Shown here in pieces: positions 1 through 9,394 of a DNA stretch of 32,000 nucleotides (position 1 is its first letter; every line of letters starts with the position of its first letter). A program made the translations under genes and the position numbers. This DNA comes from Mycobacterium leprae TN (GTDB taxonomy: Bacteria; Actinomycetota; Actinomycetes; Mycobacteriales; Mycobacteriaceae): the NCBI RefSeq assembly GCF_000195855.1, contig NC_002677.1, forward strand, positions 240,001 through 272,000, in the 5' to 3' direction. The notes beneath the pieces were generated by a model that saw nothing but the letters and a program-made list of their open reading frames with translations, had not been told where the DNA came from and made no database searches.

Positions 1-236
1 CTATTTGGGTGCAACAAATCAACCGGCTGGTTGTCCGCTGTGGCTAGTGTCACGTCAAGGTGTCGCCGCGACCCACCGTACGTTACGCTCAAGACACGCC
101 CTGTGATGGATTGCTCTGACTTAAGTTTCGCTGGGTGGTGCGGCCTGTGGCCTGGCCAGTTTGGTGAGCAATAGGTCGCCAAACTATTATTTATTAACAG
201 CAATCGTTAATCTCAATCGAGGAGTAGGGGCCGATT

Positions 237-410
237 ATGGCTACACCTAAGCGCAGGATGTCGCGCGCGAACACCCGCAGCCGGCGCGCGCAGTGGAAGG
301 CTGCTCGGACCGAGCTTGTCGGTGTGACGGTGGCGGGTCAGCGGCACAAGGTGCCTCGCAGGCTACTCAAGGCGGCACGTCTTGGTCTTATCGACCTTGA
401 CCGGCGTTAA
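237..410 (+). CDS. rpmF: 50S ribosomal protein L32 (57 aa)
   Basis: ATG at 237, TAA at 408-410. Translates to [57 protein letters not shown], a classic L32 (C- variant without a zinc ribbon). GAGG purine-rich RBS upstream. Not in the supplied ORF track. Confidence 0.96.
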   Translation: MATPKRRMSRANTRSRRAQWKAARTELVGVTVAGQRHKVPRRLLKAARLGLIDLDRR

Positions 411-530
411 TCCTGATTCCACCGTTGCCGTGTAACGGGGTCGACGCACGCGTCGTTGACTGGAAAATTGCGATTCAACGCCAGCGATCCTTGCAAGTCG
501 CTCTCAGGCTCCGAGACCGAATTAGTAGCT

Positions 531-1217
531 GTGCGGATACTTGCCGTTGACGACGATCGGGCGGTGCGTGAGTCTCTGCGCCGGTCGTTGTCGTTCAATG
601 GTTATTCGGTCGAACTGGCCAACGACGGGGTCGAGGCGTTGGAGATGGTTGCCCGCGATAGGCCTGATGCTCTCGTTCTCGATGTCATGATGCCGCGCCT
701 GGACGGTTTAGAGGTCTGCCGTCAGCTCCGAAGTACCGGTGACGACCTGCCGATCCTGGTGCTAACCGCCCGCGATTCGGTCTCCGAACGGGTCGCCGGC
801 TTGGATGCCGGTGCCGACGACTACCTGCCCAAACCGTTCGCCCTCGAAGAACTGTTGGCGCGGATTCGGGCGCTGCTACGCCGCACCAAGCCCGATGACG
901 CTGCCGAGTCCGTGGCGATGAGTTTTTCCGACTTAACCCTGGACCCGGTGACCCGCGAAGTCGCCCGCGGACAACGCTGGATCAGTCTGACCCGTACCGA
1001 ATTCGCGTTGTTGGAAATGCTGATCGCTAATCCGCGGCGGGTACTTACACGCAGCCGCATCCTCGAAGAGGTGTGGGGATTTGATTTTCCGACCTCCGGC
1101 AATGCACTGGAAGTCTATGTCGGGTATTTGCGCCGCAAAACCGAGGCCGATGGTGAGTCACGGCTAATCCACACTGTACGTGGAGTGGGCTATGTATTAA
1201 GGGAGACGCCGCCCTGA
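531..1217 (+). CDS. mprA: Two-component response regulator MprA (OmpR family), GTG start
   Basis: ORF 456..1217. [29 protein letters not shown] receiver with phosphoacceptor D in [12 protein letters not shown], and a winged-helix C-terminus ([29 protein letters not shown]...VYVGYLRRK). Start placed at the GTG at 531 by family similarity. Confidence 0.95.
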   Translation: MRILAVDDDRAVRESLRRSLSFNGYSVELANDGVEALEMVARDRPDALVLDVMMPRLDGLEVCRQLRSTGDDLPILVLTARDSVSERVAGLDAGADDYLPKPFALEELLARIRALLRRTKPDDAAESVAMSFSDLTLDPVTREVARGQRWISLTRTEFALLEMLIANPRRVLTRSRILEEVWGFDFPTSGNALEVYVGYLRRKTEADGESRLIHTVRGVGYVLRETPP

Positions 1218-2776
1218 TGGTTCGGTTTGCCTGGCGCCGGCGCGCATCGTTGCGAGCCACCAGTTCTTTATCCCTGCGGTGGAGGGTAATGCTCCTGGCA
1301 ATGTCCATGGTGGCGATGGTCGTCGTCTTGATGGCATTCGCTGTCTACGTTGTGATCTCGGCGGCGCTGTACAGCGATATCGATAATCAACTGCAGAGCA
1401 GGGCGCAGTTGCTGATCGCTAGTGGTTCGTTGGCAGCCGACCCTGGCAAGGCCATCGAGGGCACTGCCTACTCGGATGTCAACGCCATGTTGGTGAACCC
1501 GGGCCACTCGATTTACACGGCCAATCAGCCGGGTCAGACTCTTCCTGTCGGAACGGCAGAGAAAGCTGTCATCCGTGGTGAGCTGTTCATGTCGCAACGT
1601 ACTGCATCGGACCAACGCATACTCGCCATCCACCTGCCCAACGACAGTTCGCTGCTGATCTCTAAGAGCTTGCGGCCAACCGAAGCTGTCATGACCAAGC
1701 TGCGCTGGGTGCTTTTGATTGTCGGAAGCCTCGGCGTCGCGGTTGCCGCGGTGGCCGGGGGGATGGTTACTCGGGCGGGGCTGCGTCCGGTGGGGCGTCT
1801 GACCGAAGCGGCCGAGCGAGTGGCGCGTACCGACGACCTGCGGCCCATCCCGGTGTTCGGCAGTGACGAATTGGCCAGGCTCACTGAGGCATTCAACTTG
1901 ATGTTGCGGGCATTGGCCGAATCTCGGGAACGCCAGGCACGGCTGGTAACCGACGCCGGACATGAGTTGCGCACCCCGTTGACCTCGCTGCGCACCAACG
2001 TTGAACTGCTGATCGCCTCGATGGCTCCCGAAGCGCCGCGGCTACCTGACCAGGAGATGGCGGATCTGCGTGCCGATGTACTCGCGCAGATTGAAGAATT
2101 GTCCACGCTGGTAGGTGATTTGGTGGACCTCACTAGAGACGACGCTGGGCAGGTGGTGCACGAGCCGATCGACATGTCCGAGGTCCTTTACCGCAGTCTG
2201 GAGCGGGTCAGGCGGCGGCGCAACGATATTCACTTTGACGTCCAGGCGATCGGATGGCAGATTTATGGTGATGCCGCTGGTCTGTCGCGTGCGGTGCTGA
2301 ATCTTATGGACAACGCGGCCAAGTGGAGCCCGTCGGGTGGCCGCGTCGTCGTAACGATGCGCCAGTTCGACCCGTCGCACGTTGAGCTGGTGGTTTCCGA
2401 CTACGGTCCGGGGATTCCGCCGCAAGAACGCCGGCTGGTGTTCGAGCGCTTCTACCGATCGACGACTGCACGGTCGTTGCCGGGTTCGGGCCTTGGGTTG
2501 GCGATCGTCAAACAGGTGGTTATCAACCACGGAGGTTTGCTTCGCGTCGAAGACACCGCGCCGGGAGTGCAACCCCCGGGCACGTCGATTTACGTGCTTC
2601 TACCCGGACGCCCGATGCCGGTTTCAGCGTACTCCACGCTCGCGGACCAGGACATGGGCGAAGCCAATTTCCAGGACAAGATCGGCCCAGCCGTGCAGGT
2701 TTCCGGTAAGTCGGCGAACTTTCGGGATTCAGCGCACGTTATCTCAGTGGACTATCAGTCCGCGCGGGCAAGGTAG
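1217..2776 (+). CDS. mprB: Sensor histidine kinase MprB
   Basis: 519 aa, overlaps the mprA stop by 1 nt. TM helices, HAMP, HisKA H-box (DAGHELRTPLTSLRTNVEL), N-box (NLMDNAAKWSP) and G-boxes (DYGPGIPP, GSGLGLAIVKQV). Confidence 0.95.
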   Translation: MVRFAWRRRASLRATSSLSLRWRVMLLAMSMVAMVVVLMAFAVYVVISAALYSDIDNQLQSRAQLLIASGSLAADPGKAIEGTAYSDVNAMLVNPGHSIYTANQPGQTLPVGTAEKAVIRGELFMSQRTASDQRILAIHLPNDSSLLISKSLRPTEAVMTKLRWVLLIVGSLGVAVAAVAGGMVTRAGLRPVGRLTEAAERVARTDDLRPIPVFGSDELARLTEAFNLMLRALAESRERQARLVTDAGHELRTPLTSLRTNVELLIASMAPEAPRLPDQEMADLRADVLAQIEELSTLVGDLVDLTRDDAGQVVHEPIDMSEVLYRSLERVRRRRNDIHFDVQAIGWQIYGDAAGLSRAVLNLMDNAAKWSPSGGRVVVTMRQFDPSHVELVVSDYGPGIPPQERRLVFERFYRSTTARSLPGSGLGLAIVKQVVINHGGLLRVEDTAPGVQPPGTSIYVLLPGRPMPVSAYSTLADQDMGEANFQDKIGPAVQVSGKSANFRDSAHVISVDYQSARAR

Positions 2777-2843
2777 TTGGCAGTTACTGTATTAAAAAGT
2801 CGGCCCGCATGAAGCCGACATAGAGGAAGAGCGACTTAGCGAC

Positions 2844-4202
2844 ATGACGAATCACCCGAGGTATTCGCCACCGCCGCAGCAGCCGGGATACCGTAGCGCG
2901 CCTAATCAGCCTGTGTCATCCTCGTACACCGAGGAGCAGCAGCCGTACCACCAACAACAAGTCGATTGGTGCTATCAGCAGTCGCCCTCGTTGCAGCAGT
3001 ATCACCGACCCTATGAGCCATTTGGTGGTGCGGGTACGGTCCCGTTGCAGTCGATGATTCCGCCCGGTCGGGTAGCCGACAGGCGTCCTCGCGCAGGCAT
3101 GTTGGCTGTTAGTGCGCTAGCGATAGCAGTGGTGTCGGCTGGTATCGGCGGCGTGGCGGCTACGGTTGTTGCGCTGGGCACGCGCGTCGCGGGCGGCAAC
3201 GGTGCTGGCCCGGTAACCGGGCCGGCTGCCAGCGTTCCGGCGGCGAACATGCCGTCGGGCAGCGTCGAACAAGTTGCCGTTAAGGTAGTGCCCAGTGTCG
3301 TCATGCTGGAGACCGATTTGGGTCGTCAGTCCGAGGAGGGTTCCGGCGTCATCTTGTCGGCCGATGGGTTGATCTTGACCAACAACCACGTCGTCGCGGT
3401 TGCCGCCAAACCAGGGGGTGGTCCTGGTGGTGGTCTGTCGCCGAAAACCACTGTGACCTTCTTCGATGGCCGCACCGCGTCGTTCACGGTGGTCGGAGCC
3501 GATCCCACTAGCGATATTGCTGTGGTTCGGGTGCAGAGTATTTCCGGACTGACCCCGATTACGATGGGCTCTTCCGCAGATCTGCGGGTGGGTCAGCCGG
3601 TGGTGGCTGTCGGCTCACCGCTGGGTTTGGCGGGCACGGTGACCAGCGGGATCGTCAGTGCGCTTAACCGGCCCGTGTCGACGACCGGCGAATCGGGCAA
3701 CCAAAATACGGTGCTGGACGCGATTCAGACCGATGCGGCTATCAACCCGGGTAATTCCGGTGGTGCGCTGGTCAACATGGGCGGTCAGTTGGTGGGAGTC
3801 AACTCTGCTATTGCCACACTCGGCGCTGATTCGGGTGATGCACAGAGCGGCTCGATCGGGCTTGGCTTCGCGATTCCCGTCGACCAAGCCAAGCGCATCG
3901 CTGACGAGTTAATCAGCACTGGCAAAGCGACACATGCGTCGCTGGGTGTACAGGTGGCCACCGACAAAGGCACCCCGGGCGCCAAAGTTATGGACGTCGT
4001 GGCCGGTGGTGCGGCCGCGAATGCCGCCGTTCCCAAGGGGGTCGTTCTCACTAAGGTCGACGACCGCCTGATCAGTAGCGCCGACGCGTTGGTCGCTGCC
4101 GTGCGGTCCAAGGCACCCGGTGACAAAGTGTCGCTGACCTATCAGGATCAGTCTGGTAGCAGTCGCACGGTTCAGGTCACACTCGGCAAGGCGGAACAGT
4201 AA
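2844..4202 (+). CDS. pepD: HtrA-like serine protease PepD (TM anchor, trypsin-like domain, PDZ)
   Basis: 452 aa. Proline/glutamine-rich cytoplasmic N-terminus, TM segment (GMLAVSALAIAVVSAGIGGVAATVVAL), triad in TNNH, SDIAVV and NPGNSGGALV, C-terminal PDZ (GASLGVQV...GVVLTKVDDRLISSADALVAAVRS). Confidence 0.94.
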   Translation: MTNHPRYSPPPQQPGYRSAPNQPVSSSYTEEQQPYHQQQVDWCYQQSPSLQQYHRPYEPFGGAGTVPLQSMIPPGRVADRRPRAGMLAVSALAIAVVSAGIGGVAATVVALGTRVAGGNGAGPVTGPAASVPAANMPSGSVEQVAVKVVPSVVMLETDLGRQSEEGSGVILSADGLILTNNHVVAVAAKPGGGPGGGLSPKTTVTFFDGRTASFTVVGADPTSDIAVVRVQSISGLTPITMGSSADLRVGQPVVAVGSPLGLAGTVTSGIVSALNRPVSTTGESGNQNTVLDAIQTDAAINPGNSGGALVNMGGQLVGVNSAIATLGADSGDAQSGSIGLGFAIPVDQAKRIADELISTGKATHASLGVQVATDKGTPGAKVMDVVAGGAAANAAVPKGVVLTKVDDRLISSADALVAAVRSKAPGDKVSLTYQDQSGSSRTVQVTLGKAEQ

Positions 4203-4224
4203 CAATTAATAATCGAGAGCTACC

Positions 4225-4770
4225 GTGTTAGTCGATAAGCAATTGTCCGAGCTCGGATATACGGTTGCACCCATGGAGAAGGGTGTCGAGTTGGTAGTCG
4301 GACGTGCACTTATTGTCGTTGTCGACGATCGCACCGCGCATGGGGATGAGGACCACAGCGGGCCGCTGGTCACTGAGCTGTTGACCGAGGCCGGGTTCGT
4401 CGTTGATGGTGTGGTGGCGGTGGCGGCTGACGAGGTCGAGATACGCAACGCGTTGAACACTGCAGTGATCGGTGGGGTGGACCTAGTGGTCTCGGTCGGC
4501 GGAACCGGTGTTACACCACGTGACGTCGCTCCAGAGGCCACCCGCGAGATTCTGGATCGGGAAATTCTAGGTATTGCCGAAGCCATCCGTGCTTCGGGGC
4601 TGTCCGCGGGAATCACCGACGCCGGATTGTCGCGTGGTCTAGCTGGTGTTTCGGGCAGTACGTTGGTGGTAAACCTCGCCGGCTCCCGTTATGCGGTGCG
4701 CGACGGAATGGCTACATTGAATCCGCTGGCCACCCAGATCATTGGGCAATTATCGAGTCTGGAAATCTAG
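4225..4770 (+). CDS. moaB2: Molybdopterin-binding MoaB/Mog-like protein, GTG start
   Basis: 181 aa with MoCF-type motifs (GTGVTPRDVAPEAT, AGLSRGLAGVSGSTLVVNLAGSRYAVRDGM). Syntenic position after pepD as in Rv0984. Confidence 0.88.
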   Translation: MLVDKQLSELGYTVAPMEKGVELVVGRALIVVVDDRTAHGDEDHSGPLVTELLTEAGFVVDGVVAVAADEVEIRNALNTAVIGGVDLVVSVGGTGVTPRDVAPEATREILDREILGIAEAIRASGLSAGITDAGLSRGLAGVSGSTLVVNLAGSRYAVRDGMATLNPLATQIIGQLSSLEI

Positions 4771-4786
4771 GCTGGCGCCGCTGCGG

Positions 4787-5251
4787 TCATGTGTCTGCGC
4801 GAGGTTCGTGGTTTGGGGTTGGCGTCAGATCGGCTGTATCGACGTGCCTGCCGGACGGAGCCCCGTTACTTTGGGCGAGAAGATCACGGATTTCGGCGAG
4901 TAGGACAACTTGGTTCCCGATTAGGTCGGTGTCGAATTGTTCGACCTCACCATGCTTGCGTATCGTGGTGTAGGGCAACACGACCAGGAAATACACTACC
5001 AAAGCGATCAGCAAGAAGTTGATCGCGGCCGAGAGCACGATGTTCAAGTCGATGGCCTGATCTCCCCCTATGTCGATCCTCAAGGGGCTGATATTGGTTT
5101 GTTGGTTGACGCCGACCCGATTGATCAATGGCGTGATGATGCTGTCGGTGAACTTGGTTATCAACGCGGTGAACGCGGTACCGATAACCACCGCTACGGC
5201 CAGGTCGACGATATTGCCTCGTGAGAGAAACTCCTTGAACCCTCTGAACAT
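4787..5251 (-). CDS. mscL: Large-conductance mechanosensitive channel MscL
   Basis: 154 aa, [43 protein letters not shown], two TM helices and a charged C-terminal helix. Confidence 0.96.
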   Translation of the reverse strand: MFRGFKEFLSRGNIVDLAVAVVIGTAFTALITKFTDSIITPLINRVGVNQQTNISPLRIDIGGDQAIDLNIVLSAAINFLLIALVVYFLVVLPYTTIRKHGEVEQFDTDLIGNQVVLLAEIRDLLAQSNGAPSGRHVDTADLTPTPNHEPRADT

Positions 5252-5344
5252 GGGAGGTCCTTTCTGGGCTGGACAACAGCTTGCTGTGTGTCATGTGTTG
5301 AGCGATTGCCAGGCATTCAGTTGCAGGGTCAAAGTCACCATCTA

Positions 5345-5990
5345 ACCGAGCGTTGAGCCTGCCACCGTGTTCGCCACGTGAACCGGAAGCGCCACTAACA
5401 CTACGCTGTTGGCGTTATGCTGCCTGGACTTTACTGCTTGGCAACCACGAGAACCACTACGGCGTCGTTGCCCACTATTTTGCTGACTGCCGGCGTGGCA
5501 TTGTCCGGCGCAGCCAGCACATCTACCACCTCGCCGACCCGGACCAGGTCGATCAGAGCGCTGTTCGCCAGATGTAGCGGAACGATACGGGCGACTGGCC
5601 CGACCGTCGACTCGGCCAGACGTGTCCCCCAGAACCGGACATCGATGAGTACTTCGCCGTGCCGCATGGGACTGGCCAGCGTCGACCCGACCACTGAGCC
5701 TAGGTCGGCTTGAGAAGCATCGGGAACCGTTGCGTTGTAGCCAAACCCTTTTCGTGCTGAACATCGTTGGGAGTCAACACGGTTCCCAACTGCGGGTCGG
5801 GCGCAGCAACCACCACCTCGGTACGATTGCCGTCTGGATTCGATCGCAGCGCTGTAATTCTGGCTAGCATGACCAACCCGCCGCCGGCGATTCGGCAAGT
5901 CAGCACGGACCCGGCTCCTAATCCAAGCCTATTCGGTCGGATATCCGACCGAATAGGCTTGGATTCAATGATGATTCTCTCACGCTGCAT
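5345..5990 (-). pseudogene. SAF-domain (CpaB-like) protein, frameshifted; Rv0990c-type position
   Basis: Minus strand, three frames collectively give one protein: RITALRSNPDGNRTEVVVAAPDPQLGTVLTPNDVQ (ORF 5700-5990), then GFGYNATVPDASQADLGSVVGSTLASPMRHGEVLIDVRFWGTRLAESTVGPVARIVPLHLANSALIDLVRVGEVVDVLAAPD (ORF 5431-5898), then SVVLVALPVHVANTVAGSTLG (ORF 5342-5764). Frame changes near 5750 and 5430. Confidence 0.82.
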
Positions 5991-6048
5991 CGGTAAGCGC
6001 AGTGCAGCGCCGGCGATGCTTGGTCAGAAACGTCTTGTAGATAACCGG

Positions 6049-6348
6049 CTAGCTCGGAGCGGTCGCGACGGCAGGCGCAGAGGAGCTGTTTGATTTATCG
6101 CTAGATCCCGAACTCGATCCCGAATCGCTCTTCGAAGACCCGTTGCTTGAACTGTTCGATTTCTCACCTGATTCGCGGCTATCGGTGCGGTAGAAGCCAC
6201 TGCCCTTGAACACCACGCCGACGGAGTTGAATAGTTTCCGCAGCCGACCGGAGCACTTTTCGCAAGTGGTCAGGGCATCATCGGTGAAGGCTTGCACAAC
6301 GTCGAAGCGGTTAGTGCACTCGGTACACTCGTAGCTGTAGGTCGGCAC
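6049..6348 (-). CDS. FmdB-family zinc ribbon protein with Ser/Gly-rich tail, GTG start (Rv0991c-like)
   Basis: VPTYSYECTECTNRFDVVQAFTDDALTTCEKCSGRLRKLFNSVGVVFKGSGFYRTDSR, with two CxxC pairs, then a Ser-rich low-complexity tail. Start at GTG (CAC at 6346-6348) inside the larger ORF 6049-6750. Confidence 0.88.
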   Translation of the reverse strand: MPTYSYECTECTNRFDVVQAFTDDALTTCEKCSGRLRKLFNSVGVVFKGSGFYRTDSRESGEKSNSSSNGSSKSDSGSSSGSSDKSNSSSAPAVATAPS

Positions 6349-6422
6349 AAAAACCTCCGGGTAGTATCGTCTAGTCTGGCACTCTACCGTGCCAAGTGCT
6401 AGAATCACCATAGTGATAGTGG

Positions 6423-7016
6423 TTATTCGCTGTTCGGTAATGCGATCACTCCACGCTCGGGCGTAACCGCATGGGTCATTCGGACGTCGTGTGGCTCCGA
6501 TGGCAACTCGTTGAGTAACTCGGTATCCCGTACCAGCGCGATCAGCAGGGTATGCGGATCCCGTCCTGCCAGGGACCGGTCGTAGAAGCCGCCACCTCGA
6601 CCTAACCGTACGCCGTGGTGGTCGACTGCCAGCGCCGGGACAAGCACCAGGTTGGCCTCGGCTAAGGCCGACTCGGGCAGCCGAAGCTCGGGTGGTTCGA
6701 GCAACCCCCAAGGCCCGGAGGTCAGTCCACCGGGCCGGTACTCGCCCCATTGCAGCGGTAGTGGAATCTCATCATCGCCAGTACGCGCTACTGGCAGTAA
6801 AACTCGTCCCGTCTTGCGGAGCAACACATCCAGCATCTCAATAGCGCCCGGCTCGGTGCCTACCGGCACGTACGCGCAGACCGTGCTGGCACTGTTCACC
6901 AGCAGCTCCAGGTGCTGGCTGAGCATCTTGGTCTCGGCGGCTCGAATGTCGTCGGCAACGCTGCGCCGGGCAGCCAGCAGTTGTTTCCGTAACGTGGCCT
7001 TGCTCGCGGTCACCAT
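6423..7016 (-). CDS. 5-formyltetrahydrofolate cyclo-ligase (Rv0992c-like)
   Basis: MVTASKATLRKQLLAARRSVADDIRAAETKML...LVPALAVDHHGVRLGRGGGFYDRSLAG. The GRGGGFYDR motif is diagnostic. Start chosen at an internal Met of ORF 6423-7067. Confidence 0.92.
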   Translation of the reverse strand: MVTASKATLRKQLLAARRSVADDIRAAETKMLSQHLELLVNSASTVCAYVPVGTEPGAIEMLDVLLRKTGRVLLPVARTGDDEIPLPLQWGEYRPGGLTSGPWGLLEPPELRLPESALAEANLVLVPALAVDHHGVRLGRGGGFYDRSLAGRDPHTLLIALVRDTELLNELPSEPHDVRMTHAVTPERGVIALPNSE

Positions 7017-7093
7017 GCGTTCAACGATGCCACCCTCAGCTTTCGCGTCGCCACATCGAGTCGGCAAATCCGGTGCACGTTATCGTGTGAACG

Positions 7094-8014
7094 ATGTCAC
7101 TCCTCCTAAGCGCGCAAGTCCCGATCCCATTCACTGCGATCGTTCCTGCGGCCGGTCTGGGCACTCGTTTCTTGCCAGCAACCAAAACGGTGCCCAAAGA
7201 GCTACTACCCGTCGTCGACACCCCCGGTATCGAGTTGGTTGCAGCCGAGGCCGCTGCGGCCGGGGCCGAACGTCTGGTGATTGTCACCTCCGAAGGCAAG
7301 GATGGGGTGGTCGCTCATTTCGTCCAAGACTTGGTGCTAGAGGGCACGCTGTTGGCACGCGGCAACAAAGCCATGTTAGCCAAGGTGCGTCGTGCGCCGG
7401 AGTTAATCAAAGTGGAATCCGTCGTGCAGGCTGAGCCGCTAGGACTGGGACATGCTATCGGCTGCGCGGAGCCCACACTGGCGCCGGATGAGGATGCTGT
7501 GTCGGTGTTGCTGCCCGATGACTTGGTATTGCCGACTGGCGTGCTGGAGACGATGTCGAAGGTGCGGGCCAGCCGCGGCGGTACAGTGTTGTGTGCCATC
7601 GAGGTGGCATCAGAAGAGATCAGCTCATACGGGGTTTTCGACGTCGAGCCGGTTCCCGGCGGGGACAATCCTAACGTGTTGAAGGTTATCGGCATGGTGG
7701 AAAAGCCCAAAGCCGAAGATGCTCCTTCGACGTTCGCGGCAGCCGGTCGCTATGTGCTTGATCGCGCAATTTTCGATGCGTTGCGTCGCGTCAGTCGTGG
7801 CACAGGCGGCGAGGTGCAGATCACCGATGCGATCGCGTTGCTAATCAAGGAGGGCCATCCGGTCCACGTAGTGGTGCATCGCGGATCTCGACACGACTTG
7901 GGAAATCCCGGCGGCTACCTGAAAGCTGCGGTTGACTTTGCGTTGGATCGTGACGATTATGGCCCGGATTTGCGGCGGTGGTTGGTGGAGCGATTGGGTT
8001 TAATCGAGCAGTAG
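7094..8014 (+). CDS. galU: UTP-glucose-1-phosphate uridylyltransferase
   Basis: 306 aa with IVPAAGLGTRFLPATKTVPKELLPVVDTPGIELVAAEAAAAGAERLVIVTSEGKDGV. Confidence 0.96.
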   Translation: MSLLLSAQVPIPFTAIVPAAGLGTRFLPATKTVPKELLPVVDTPGIELVAAEAAAAGAERLVIVTSEGKDGVVAHFVQDLVLEGTLLARGNKAMLAKVRRAPELIKVESVVQAEPLGLGHAIGCAEPTLAPDEDAVSVLLPDDLVLPTGVLETMSKVRASRGGTVLCAIEVASEEISSYGVFDVEPVPGGDNPNVLKVIGMVEKPKAEDAPSTFAAAGRYVLDRAIFDALRRVSRGTGGEVQITDAIALLIKEGHPVHVVVHRGSRHDLGNPGGYLKAAVDFALDRDDYGPDLRRWLVERLGLIEQ

Positions 8015-8101
8015 CCTGGCTACCAGACCCCAGTAGCCGGCCATGGCGGGCCCGGCTTGCCCGACATTGTGCCCGGGTAGGGGGGGCAGAAAGGCGCTTT
8101 T

Positions 8102-9376
8102 GTGCGTTCTGTGGAAGAGCAGCAGGCCCGGATATTGGCCGCCGCGGTAGTCCCACGGCCAGTACGTGTCGCCATTGCCGAGGCACAGGGATTGATGTGC
8201 GCCGAAGAAGTGATGACCGAACGGCCACTGCCTGGTTTCGACCAGGCGGCGATTGATGGCTACGCGGTACGTAGCGTCGACGTCTCGGGTATCGGTGAGT
8301 CGGATGGAGGTGAATCCGGTTCATCCGATGAGGATGGGCGTTATGTGCTGACCTTGCCGGTGATGGGAACCATCGAGGCTGGTGCGCGCACACCCAGCAG
8401 GCTGCTGCCCCACCAGGCTGTCCGAGTGCAGACTGGGGCACCGCTGCCGGTGCTGGCCGATGCAGTTCTGCCGGTGCGGTGGACCGACGGCGGGATGTCG
8501 CGCGTGCGGATTCTGCGTGGCGCGCCGTCGGGTGCCTATGTACGGCGTGTGGGCGATGATGTGCAGCCCGGGGACGTCGCCGTGCGTGCCGGAACAATCA
8601 TCGGGGCTGCCCAGGTGGGGCTGCTAGCGGCGGTCGGCCGCGAACGAGTACTGGTGCACCCGCGGCCACGGCTGTCAATAATGGCCGTAGGTGGGGAACT
8701 GGTCGACATCTCGCGTACTCCAGGCAACGGACAGGTGTACGACGTTAACTCCTATGCATTGACCGCGGCCGGCCGTGATGCTGGTGCGGAGGTGAACCGC
8801 ATCGGCATCGTCAGCAACAACCTGAAGGAGTTCGGCGAAGTTGTTGAGGGCCAGATCAGCCGAGCCGAAGTCGTGGTGATCGCCGGAGGAGTCGGGGGGG
8901 CGGCGGCCGAGGCGGTGCGGGCAGTGCTCTCGGAGATAGGCGAGATGGAGGTCGTTCGCGTCGCCATGCATCCTGGCTCCGTCCAGGGCTTCGGGCAGCT
9001 GGGTCGCGAGGGCGTTCCGACATTTCTGCTGCCGGCCAATCCGGTTAGCGCCCTGGTGGTTTTCGAAGTAATGGTTCGGCCGTTGATCCGGTTGTCGCTG
9101 GGCAAGCGCCAGCCGATGCGCCGGATCGTGCAGGCCCGAACGCTATCGCCGATCACTTCGGTGGCCGGGCGCAAAGGTTACTTGCGCGGTCAGTTGATGC
9201 GGGATCAGGACACCGGTGAATACCTGGTGCAAGCACTTGGTGGCGCTCTTGGTGCGTCGTCGCATTTGCTGGCGACGCTTGCCGAAGCAAACTGTCTGGT
9301 AGTGATTCCCAGTGGCGCCGAGCAGATTCGTACCGGTGAGGTCGTCGACGTTGCTTTCCTTGCTCAGCGCGGCTAA
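8102..9376 (+). CDS. moeA1: MoeA/gephyrin-like protein (Rv0994 MoeA1 / Glp type), GTG start
   Basis: 424 aa. MoeA signatures FDQAAIDGYAVRS, VRTGAPLPVLADAVLPV, NSYALTAAGRDAGAEV, GGVGGAAAEAVRAVLSEIGEMEVVRVAMHPGS. Confidence 0.9.
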   Translation: MRSVEEQQARILAAAVVPRPVRVAIAEAQGLMCAEEVMTERPLPGFDQAAIDGYAVRSVDVSGIGESDGGESGSSDEDGRYVLTLPVMGTIEAGARTPSRLLPHQAVRVQTGAPLPVLADAVLPVRWTDGGMSRVRILRGAPSGAYVRRVGDDVQPGDVAVRAGTIIGAAQVGLLAAVGRERVLVHPRPRLSIMAVGGELVDISRTPGNGQVYDVNSYALTAAGRDAGAEVNRIGIVSNNLKEFGEVVEGQISRAEVVVIAGGVGGAAAEAVRAVLSEIGEMEVVRVAMHPGSVQGFGQLGREGVPTFLLPANPVSALVVFEVMVRPLIRLSLGKRQPMRRIVQARTLSPITSVAGRKGYLRGQLMRDQDTGEYLVQALGGALGASSHLLATLAEANCLVVIPSGAEQIRTGEVVDVAFLAQRG

Positions 9377-9394
9377 GCGATCCGACTGCACGCT

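Noticed and set aside
2382-2795. 137-aa plus-strand ORF overlapping the 3' part of mprB
   Set aside because: Out-of-frame shadow ORF within mprB, Arg/Ser-rich with no domain; typical of high-GC coding sequence.
3404-3441. GGT-rich run in pepD (gggggtggtcctggtggtggtctg) as a microsatellite or VNTR
   Set aside because: Imperfect, short and coding in frame for a Gly-rich loop; not a convincing tandem array.
5431-5898. 155-aa minus ORF as an intact gene
   Set aside because: The N-terminal third is out of frame relative to the SAF-domain homology, so it is a fragment of a pseudogene rather than a standalone CDS.
6652-7434. 260-aa plus-strand ORF spanning the cyclo-ligase antisense and the 5' part of galU
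   Set aside because: Overlaps two well-supported genes, low-complexity Arg/Ser composition, no recognisable family.
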